From positions 16,294 to 80,293 of the forward strand of contig CAIOFV010000084.1 in the NCBI GenBank assembly GCA_903857665.1: a stretch of DNA of 64,000 nucleotides, given 5' to 3'. The position numbers and the translations under genes were made by a program. The notes beneath the pieces were generated by a model, which had not been told where the DNA came from, ran no database searches, and saw only the letters and a program-made list of their open reading frames with translations. This DNA is from an uncultured Myxococcales bacterium (GTDB lineage: Bacteria; Myxococcota_A; UBA9042; DTJE01). Positions 30,301-38,800 of the stretch are shown one piece after another. Each line of letters begins with the position of its first letter. The stretch's first letter is position 1.

Positions 30301-31073
30301 GCCGCACGACGTGCAGTTCGAACCACCAGAATCCCAAGTGCGTCGGAGGCCAGTGCGGGAGGATCGGGGCGTGCATCGGCCTCTATGGCGACTGCAATGG
30401 ATTGATCGCCGACGGCTGCGAAACACCCCTGACGACCCTGACGAGCTGTGGCTCCTGCTACCACCCCTGCTCGGGCCTGCCGAATACGGATCAGCACACG
30501 TGTGCCGACGGGACCTGCCAGCCCGCGACGTGCGTGAACGGCTTCGGCGACTGCAACCATGTAGTCGGCCAGGCCTCGGACGGCTGCGAATACAACTTCA
30601 CCAGCCCGCTGGTCCAGTTGCCGGGCACCTATCTCGGATCCGCCTGCTCGGACGACGACACCACGGACTGGCTCCACGGCGGCGCCTGGTCGTGTCCCGA
30701 CCCGGGCTGGTCCACCGTCTTCCCGGGCGGTTCGTACCAATCGACCTACACGGGAAACAAGACGGCCTACTACTACGCCGAGTGGCGCGAGTGCAACGAC
30801 CAGAACATCCTGGGCATGTACCCCTGCTCCAGGACGATCCATGGGCATGCCACGCTCGTCCCGCCCCCCGGTGCCGACTATGGCCTGTACGTCTATGACA
30901 TGGGTGGCAACTACGTCACCGGAGCCAACAACGGCGCAGGCGTGCAGGCTGATGTCGATTTCTACGCCGGCGGCAGCGTGACCTACGAGATCCGGGTTGT
31001 CTTCTTCAGCGGGACTCCGTGCAACGATCACTGGACCCTGACGGTTCTGCACAAGAACTATGACCATTTGTAG
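27396..31073 (+). CDS. Secreted fibre protein 1: conserved N-domain, shaft, phage tail-collar domain, ~9 Cys-rich repeats and a C-terminal beta domain
   Basis: ATG after GGAGG and a signal peptide. PGIRVAGVLRNAAG N-domain and GTLRFNT..LEYWEG..W. Collar MPVGTIMAFAG...WLVCDGS...TFNIPDLRGQFLRG, closing GEAVPVNAAVTWIIRA. Then NCDG..NGCET..NCGxC repeats. Confidence 0.85.
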   Translation: MSRTRLCGFLFSGALLLWSLDVPAVEDVPPGIRVAGVLRNAAGEPVTGTIRVTFRIYANASCTPYNEAVADYDNQCLWWVGLPQDMQVVQGAFTASVPSTLDLALNPTLNWEAWFINNSASPYLGIEAAGRILQPRNAITSKGFAIQSRHAEEADVAFDLACDGCVNGTQGTIAAGAISNRHVKTDAAIAATKLAGVALAGHGHTGYLLANPALSQSASVDLARTVTASDFVDQANLNYYVDPYPPVGTTSAHLRGTVLLGQNPVASPPADALLSVGTTGQFQVSTLGQVTIAGLPYTWPLTAGVSGQFLSNDGFGTLSWADPVPAAGTGFVTRFAPNVLVTREVVGTTGQIAVADGLGQAADPRISLVSNPYFPGTGALGLPSGTELQRPQSGISTGTLRFNTDRSALEYWEGSKWMSVAMDTDILNAMPVGTIMAFAGSIPPSTWLVCDGSIMPRNITVDGVSQPDPLFAVIGTAWGAPTSGTFNIPDLRGQFLRGVDTLGDVDLDPAGSTGRNFLNPGGNTGRKVGSFQMSANQDHTHSATPVLAPSQGSLRGMTCEQTGSGAALVPASNLSGSAALAAFFGSDSTLRAGGFLANAAQIPAPTGNVWIQNDQINLSGEAVPVNAAVTWIIRARSCANGACSAACPAGMGDCLDLSDPQNPKPGQDGLCETVLTTDENCGSCGVACTLPNALTSCSTGTCHLASCNNFPATTRHSYGNCDGVESNGCETSLDQLNNCADCLVPCTRLNATPSCSNGLCHIDSCNLGWGNCNSNDPDGCETSLRTITNCVTCGTPCARANASATCAGLQCLTDTCIAPWGNCDAGLPGGDANGCETNLNITPAHCGSCPLSCVSTHATTTGCSAGKCVYSCSAGWADCSSALNDGCEMNIWDYNGTSARTHCGTCTNVCNTAHNTPICPSGSCVPVCDAMWDNCDGDSTNGCEQTLQDIYDPITGALQVSAVANCGGCRTTCSSNHQNPKCVGGQCGRIGACIGLYGDCNGLIADGCETPLTTLTSCGSCYHPCSGLPNTDQHTCADGTCQPATCVNGFGDCNHVVGQASDGCEYNFTSPLVQLPGTYLGSACSDDDTTDWLHGGAWSCPDPGWSTVFPGGSYQSTYTGNKTAYYYAEWRECNDQNILGMYPCSRTIHGHATLVPPPGADYGLYVYDMGGNYVTGANNGAGVQADVDFYAGGSVTYEIRVVFFSGTPCNDHWTLTVLHKNYDHL

Positions 31074-31130
31074 TGAGGTCGTCGGCGTTTCCCGGGGGCG
31101 ACGAACCCCTGGAGCCGGAGGTGGGCGGAC

Positions 31131-32753
31131 ATGAGACAGCGTTGGCTTTTCCTGGCGTGCGTGGTTGGCGCCCTTTCTGCCTGGGTTCCGGAAGCGGGGG
31201 CGGCGATCGGCCAACCGGTCCCCAATGCCCTGACGATCCAGGGGGAGTTGCGTGACGTGCTGGGGGCCCCGCGGTCGGGATCCTTCGACCTGACGGTCCG
31301 CCTGTACGCTGACAGCACCTGCTCGGGCGGGGCGGGGTGCCTTCTGGACGCGTACACCTTCACGGGCGTGCCCGTCGTGGGCGGCCGGTTCGCCGTCGAT
31401 CTGCAAGCCCGGCAGGTCTTCCGGAACCAGAGCCAGGTCTGGGTCGAATTCCAGGTGGGCGCCGATACGCCCCTCGCGCGGTCGGCGGTCACCTCGGTCG
31501 GCTTCGCGGTCCAGGCGAACCACGCAGAGGAAACGCATATCGCGACCGAGCGGCTGGAGTGCGCCGGCTGCGTGACCGCCAACGAACTGGCCGACAACAG
31601 CCTGACGGATGCCGACTTCGCCTCGAACGCCGCCATCACCTGGGACAAGCTGGCCGGTGTTGCGAAGGACGTCCATGTCCACAGCGAGTTCGTCATCGCG
31701 ACCACCCCGGCCACTCCCCAGGACGCCGGCTTCAGCATCTCGGGCGCGATGAGCGCCATGGGGTTCATCGACAAGAACGCCGCCGCCTACTTCGTCGATC
31801 CGTCGGAACCCGCCCTGTCCGCCCAGTTCGCCGGCAAGGTGTCCATTGGTTATACCGCTGCTCCTCCCGGGCTCCTCGGGGTCGGCACGAACTTCGGTGT
31901 GGACGCCTCCGGCAACATGAAGGTGCGTGGCGTCTCCTATACCTGGCCGACGGTGCAGGGCGCGGGCATCCTGAAGGATCTGGCCGGGAACGGCACGCTT
32001 GCGTGGTCGTCGGCGTTCCCCAGCCTGTCCTCGAACGGCGTGCTGGCCAAGACCTCCGGAGGCCCCTGGGCGGGACGGACCATCACGGGGACTGGCGGCA
32101 TCTCGGTCGATAACGGGGACGGCGTCAACGGCAACCCGACGATCGGTATCGCGGCAGACGCAATGCTGTCCGGAACCGCCGGCGTGGTGCTTCCCACCGG
32201 GGATAGCACCCGTCCCACCGGAGTGCCCGGAGGCACCGTTCGCTTCAACTCCACGGGGCGGGTCATCGAGTACTTCGACGGCTCCCGCTGGCGCACCGTC
32301 ATGTCGAAGGCCCTGGTGGCCGCCGCCTTCCCGACGGGGATGATCGCCGCATTCGGCGGCGATCCCGCCCAGGGCGCCACGGTTCCGCCGGCCGGTTGGC
32401 TCACCTGCGACAGCCTCACCAACCCGGTGAGCCGCCTGGCACCGAACAACGCCCTCTTCAACGTGATTGGAACGCGGTGGGGGCGTGGCAACGGTACCAA
32501 CACGTTCAACCTGCCCGATCTTCATGGGCGATTCGCCCGTGGATGGGACCCGAGCGCGGTCGTCGATGCGGATGCGGCCAGTCGCTTCGCGCTGTACGCG
32601 GGCGGCGAGGTCGGGAACAAGATCGGAACGTACCAGGGCACGGCAATCCAGAAGCACAAGCACGACGGCACGGGGAACTTCAACAACCTCAATTCCGCCG
32701 TGGGTGAGAGCCGTCCCGTGAACGCGTACGTGTACTTCGTGATCAAGCGCTAG
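31131..32753 (+). CDS. Secreted fibre protein 2: minimal paralogue ending at the tail-collar closing motif
   Basis: Signal peptide and PNALTIQGELRD...FDLTVRLY N-domain. Collar FPTGMIAAFGG...GWLTCD...TFNLPDLHGRFARG. Ends GESRPVNAYVYFVIKR-stop. Confidence 0.88.
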   Translation: MRQRWLFLACVVGALSAWVPEAGAAIGQPVPNALTIQGELRDVLGAPRSGSFDLTVRLYADSTCSGGAGCLLDAYTFTGVPVVGGRFAVDLQARQVFRNQSQVWVEFQVGADTPLARSAVTSVGFAVQANHAEETHIATERLECAGCVTANELADNSLTDADFASNAAITWDKLAGVAKDVHVHSEFVIATTPATPQDAGFSISGAMSAMGFIDKNAAAYFVDPSEPALSAQFAGKVSIGYTAAPPGLLGVGTNFGVDASGNMKVRGVSYTWPTVQGAGILKDLAGNGTLAWSSAFPSLSSNGVLAKTSGGPWAGRTITGTGGISVDNGDGVNGNPTIGIAADAMLSGTAGVVLPTGDSTRPTGVPGGTVRFNSTGRVIEYFDGSRWRTVMSKALVAAAFPTGMIAAFGGDPAQGATVPPAGWLTCDSLTNPVSRLAPNNALFNVIGTRWGRGNGTNTFNLPDLHGRFARGWDPSAVVDADAASRFALYAGGEVGNKIGTYQGTAIQKHKHDGTGNFNNLNSAVGESRPVNAYVYFVIKR

Positions 32754-32867
32754 GAGGTTCGGATCCGGCCGCTGCCGGATCATGAATCGGGCGCCCTGGA
32801 AGGTTCCGGTGGGCGCTCACCAGGTAGAAGGTCATTGCGGGCGTCGCCGTGCCGCGAGGAGGACCTC

Positions 32868-35800
32868 ATGAGGCGGGCACGTGAATTCGGATCTCTGCTG
32901 GTGGCGATCGGCATCGGGGCGTATGCCCTGCCTGCCCTAGCCGTCGTCGATCCAGTGCCCCTCACGGTCAACGCGCAGGGAGTCCTGCGCAACGTGGCGG
33001 GGGAAGGGATCACGCAATCCCTGGACGTCACGGTCCGCTTCTACGCTGATGCCGTATGCATCGGGACGGATCCAACCTGCCTTCGGGGCCAGGTAGCGAC
33101 CACCCTGTCCGTCCTGGAAGGCGTGTTCTCGACCGACCTTCCGGTGCTGGAAAGCTGGTTCCTTCATCAGTCCCAGCTCTACATCGAAATCGACGCCGGA
33201 GTCGTCCACCTCGCCAGGACCGCGGTTTCCTCGACGGGCTACGCGTTCCAGGCTCGATTCGCCGAGCAGTCGGACCAGGCGCTCGGGTTGAGTTGCGTCG
33301 GTTGCATCAGCGGAAGCGACATCCTCGACGGCAGCCTTGCCAACGCGCAGGTTGCCTCGGATGCGGCCATCGACATCAGCAAGATTTCCGGCGCGTCGCC
33401 GACGATCCACACGCACACGGGCTTCATCCTGGCCACCCCGCCGGCGGACGCCGCCGCGATCCAGGCCGCCTTCGCCTCCATCACGGGCACCCTCACGGCT
33501 CCGCGCTTCGTCGATCAGGACAACAAGCTGTACTTCTTCGATCCCTCGGATGTCGGGCAATCGGCCGCGCTGTCCCCCGGGGTGGTGATCGGGACCTCGG
33601 CGACGCCGTCCGCGACTGCGTGGCTGTCGGTTGGCGCACTGGGCGAGTTCCAGGTGGACGGAAACGGCAACGCGGCCATCGCCGGAGTCTCCTACGTGTG
33701 GCCGGCCGGTATCGGCAGCGCGGGCAAGGCCCTGTCCCAGGGATCCGGCTCGCTGCTCTGGTCCAGCCCCCCGGTCGATGCCATGGGCGCCGGGCTCCTG
33801 GTGAAGACGGGCGCGCAGACCCAGATCATGCGGAACCTGACCGGTACCACAGGCCAGGTCGTCGTGACCAACGGCAGCGGCTCGGCCGGCGACCCGACCC
33901 TCGCGCTGGCCCCGAACCCCATGCTCCCGGGCACCGGCGGCTCGCGCATCCCCGGCGGGTCCGCGACGAAGCCCAGCCCTGCCACGACCGGAATGATTCG
34001 GTACAACCAGGACCTCGGCGCGCTGGAATACTACGACGGGACTACGTGGAAGAGCGTTGTATCCGCGACGGAAATGCTGGCGTCGATGCCGATCGGCGCC
34101 ATCGTGGCCTACGGGTCCGAAATCCCTCCCGTGGGATGGATGGTCTGCGACGGCCGGATGCTGTCCCGTACGGATTACGCCGATCTCTTCAGGACCATCA
34201 GTACTTACTGGGGCAACCAGGGCAGCACCGTCGACAAGTTCAACATCCCGAACATGCAGGGGCGTTTCCTGCGAGGTGCCGACACCACCATCACCCCGTC
34301 GCTGAAGGTCGATAAGTCTCCGCGAGACAGGCTCTACGATAATGGCAACAACGATCTGGTTGGCTCGTACCAGGTCACGCAAAACCAGAACCACACGCAC
34401 ACGACGCCGATGATCCTCGGCGCCCCGCCCTCGCTGGCCTCGTCCAACTGGCTCTGCCACCCGGATTGGGGCACGATTCGCGAAAGCGATCCTGTCGCCC
34501 GGTTCCTGCGTCCGGACGGAACGGCCGACGAGGTCTCCCTGGCGCCCGGCATCACGCTGGAACTGGAGCGAAGCCTCAAGGGCCTGGCCGACGCCAGGCT
34601 TCTCGATCCCAGCCTCGTGCCCGTATCGCCCGAGTCCCAGGCCGAAGCGGTCATGACCAACCTTTCCGGCGAGGCGCGGCCGGTCAACGGCGCCGTCCAG
34701 TACATCATCAAGGTATCGAACTGCATCGACGCCACGTGTTCGAGCAGTTGCGCCAGCGGGTTTGCCGATTGCGACACCGACCCGAACAACGGTTGTGAAA
34801 CCTACCTGGGAAGCATCGGCAACTGCAACGGATGCACCATCCTCTGCGACTACAACCACGCCTCCGAGGCCTGCCGGCAGACCTCCAGCTTCGTGTTCGG
34901 CTGCCAGTTCCTGGCCTGCGACGCGGGCTATGCCGATTGCAACAACTGGCTGGGCAACGGCACCACCGATCGCGACGGTTGCGAAGTCAACCTGCCGACC
35001 GACGTGCTCCACTGCGGCGGCTGCAACCAGTTCTGCAGCACCCAGAACATCACCCGCGCCTGCGCCGGGGGAAGTTGCGAGTCCGGTTTGTGCGCCACGG
35101 GCTGGGATGACTGCAACGCGAACAAGCGCCTGGACGGTTGCGAAACCGACATCGCCGGGGGCATGCTCAACTGCGGCGGTTGCGGCAAGATTTGCAGCAC
35201 CAACAACATCACGCGGTCCTGTTCGGGTTTCGTCTGCAACGGAACCTGCAACGCGGGCTACATGGACTGCAACTCGAACAAGTTGACCGACGGTTGTGAA
35301 ATCCACACGGACGCTGACGCGACCAACTGCGGCAATTGCGGCGTCGCATGCAGCACCAACAATATCGCGCGTTCCTGCGCAGGCGGCCTTTGCAACGCCG
35401 GTATCTGCAACACCGGCTTCGCGGACTGCAACAACAACAAGTTGACGGACGGCTGCGAAATCAACCTGACCAACGACGTGGTGAATTGCAACGCGTGCGG
35501 CCGGGTGTGCAGCACCCAGAACATTGTCAGGGCCTGCGTCGGCGGCAGTTGCGAAACCCCCGCGTGCAACGCCGGCTTCGCGGACTGCAACGGCAACAAG
35601 CAGTCCGACGGCTGCGAAATCAACCTGAACACCGACGTGCTGAACTGCAACGCGTGCGGCCGGGTCTGCAGCACCCAGAACATCGCCCGTGCCTGCGTCA
35701 GCGGCAGTTGCGAAACCCCCACGTGCAACCTCGGCTTCGCGGACTGCAACGGCAACAAGCAGTCGGACGGCTGCGAAATCAACCTGAACACCGACGTGCT

Positions 35801-38800
35801 GAACTGCAACGCGTGCGGCCGGGTCTGCAGCACCGCGAACGTCAACCGTGCCTGCTCCGGGGGCAGTTGCCAGGCCGGTACCTGCACCGGGGGCTACCTG
35901 GACTGCAACAGCAACATGCAGTCCGACGGCTGCGAAGTGCCGCCGAAGTGCGACACCGGCCTGAAGGGAATCTGCCGCATCGGCGACAATACCTGCTCGG
36001 GCGTTGTGGCCCAGTGCAACATCACGAACTTCCCCGTGGCTGACAACGCCACCGTGGGCAGCGATCCGAACTGCGACGGCTGGGTGCTGGTCCCCCAGAA
36101 CGCCACTACCGGTGGCTTCCAGATGGGCCAGGCCTTCAATACTGAACCGACAGGCAGGGGCGCGGACTACCTTTCCCGCCTGGTCGGGGGCATTCCGACC
36201 GGCGACGCGTCCACGGGTCCGCAGCAGACCGCTTACGAGCGGGCCCACACCGTGACGTTCGCCAACAACGCCATGTGGAAGACGACCGAGGTGACGCAGA
36301 AGGAGTGGAAGGCCCTCTTCCACGCCTACAACCCGTCAACGTTCAAGACCTGCGACGGCGGCAACGGCGACAACTGCCCGGTCGAAAACATCAACTGGTA
36401 CGAGGCAGCGGCCTATGCCAACGCGATGTCGGGCACCAACGCCTGCTACACCTTCTTGAACGTGATCTGCGACGACTCGCCGCCCACCAATGTCGGTTCC
36501 AACGCCATCGGATGCTTCTTCGACGTCAGTGGAAACCCCATCTCTCGCGGCATCGCGTCGGCCACAGTGACGCTGTCGTCCTTGTATGCGACCCCGAAGG
36601 ACTGCCCCGGGTACCGTCTGCCCACCGAGGCGGAGTGGGAATACGCGTACAACGGTCACCTTTCCACGCACAAGGCCTTCGGCACGCCCGCGGCCACCAA
36701 CCTCGGCGTGGCGATTCCCGCCGGCCTGACGGGCGACCTGACGAACCTCCAGGCGGAGACCTGCCTCAATGCCGGGGGCGATCATGCACAGACCATCAAC
36801 GTCAGCCGCGAGGACACCCACCTGGACCTGCTCGGCTGGTACTGCTTCAACGCGGTCAACACCACGCACCCCGTCGGCCAGAAGTGGCCGAACGCCTGGG
36901 GCATCTACGACATGGCGGGCAATGTCGCGGAATGGACGTGGGATAGCTTTGGGGAAAACAACCTGGCCTACCAGGGGCCCCTGTCCATTCCGCTTGGGGC
37001 GATCTGGTTCACCAGCGCCGATCCGGTGCAGTATTCGGCAATCGGCTATGGCAACGCGTCCAAGCGGGGCGGGTCCTACCACGACTGCTCGCTGTACGCT
37101 CGTGGCGCCTTCCGCAGCTCGGCCTATCTGGGCACCCGTGATCCCGGCATCGGCTTCCGCCTGATGAAATCCATCACCTGCGGCGGCCCGGGCTGCTTCC
37201 TCGAGTGTGATCGGACGCACAAGGATTGCGACAACGACACCAAGACCTGCGAAACCGACCTCGAGACCGTGGCGAGCTGCGGCAATTGCTACCAGACCTG
37301 CGCCCAGACCAACACCACCGGCGGGTCGTGCTCGGGGTGGCCCAACTTCACCTGCACCAGTTCCTGCGTGGCCCCCTTCCTGGACTGCGACGGGAACAAG
37401 GGGACGCCCGGCAGCAACGGCTGCGAAGTCAACTCGTCGACCGACCCGGCCAACTGCGGCGCCTGCCTCGCGGCCTGCAGCACCAACAACATCACCCGTA
37501 GCTGCGTCGGCAGCAGTTGCGAAAGCGGCGTCTGCAACGGCGGGTACGCGGACTGCAACTCCAACAAGCGGTCCGACGGGTGCGAAATCAACCTGACCAA
37601 CGACGTGCTGAACTGCAACACGTGCGGTCGCGTCTGCAGCACCTACGGCATCACCCGCAGTTGCGCCGGTGGCAGTTGCGAGGGCGCGGCGTGCCTGACC
37701 GGCTACACGGACTGCAACGGCAACAAGCAGTCGGACGGCTGCGAAACCAACACGGGCGGCGACGTAACGAACTGCGGCGGGTGCGGCAGGGTCTGCAGCA
37801 CCAACAACATCTCGCGCGCCTGTGCCAGCAGCAGTTGCCAGGCCGGCACGTGCCTGACCGGCTTTGCGGACTGCAACACCAACAAGCAGTTGGACGGTTG
37901 CGAAATCAACCTGAACACGGATGCCAACAACTGCAACGCGTGCGGCACGGTTTGCAGCGCCAACAACATGGCCACCCGCACGTGCGGCGCCGGCACGTGC
38001 AACGGCAACTGCACCAACCGTTTCGCGGACTGCAACGGGAACAAGCAGTCGGACGGCTGCGAGATCAACATGGACACCGACGTGCTGAACTGCAACGCGT
38101 GTGGCAGGGTCTGCAGCACCCAGAACATCGCCCGCGCCTGCGTCGGCGGCAGTTGCGAAACGCCCGCGTGCAACGGCGGCTTCGCGGACTGCAACGGGAA
38201 CAAGCAGTCGGACGGCTGCGAAATCAACCTGAACACCGACGTGTTGAACTGCAACGCGTGCGGCCGGGTGTGCAGCACCCAGAACATCGCCCGCTCCTGC
38301 GTCGGCGGCAGTTGCGAAACCCCCGGGTGCAACGCCGGCTTCGCGGACTGCAACACCAACAAGCAGTCGGACGGTTGCGAAATCAACATCCTGAGCGGGG
38401 ACATCGTCAACTGCGGCGCTTGCGGCACCGGGTGCAGCCAGAACCACATCACGGCGACCTGCGCAGCGTACAACTGCGAAAGCGGCTCGTGCGCGTCCGG
38501 CTACCTCGACTGCAACAGCAACAAGCGTGGCGACGGCTGCGAAACCGAGATCTTCAACAACCTCAGCAACTGCGGCGGTTGCGGCGTCGTGTGCAGCACC
38601 AACAACATCAGCCGTGTCTGTTCGAGCGGTAACTGCAACTCCGGTTCCTGCACGTCGCCCTACCTGGACTGCAACAACAACAAGCAGAGCGACGGCTGCG
38701 AGATCAACCCGCTGACGGATGCGAGCAATTGCGGCGGTTGCGGCAAGGTCTGCAGCAACAACCACATCGCGACCCCGACCTGCGACGGAGCCGGCGCCTG

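Noticed and set aside
32751..32870. Stop-codon readthrough fusing fibre 2 to fibre 3 (TAG followed by an open in-frame stretch)
   Set aside because: Fibre 3 has its own GAGGAGG RBS and signal peptide. An open 114-bp frame is unremarkable at this GC content.
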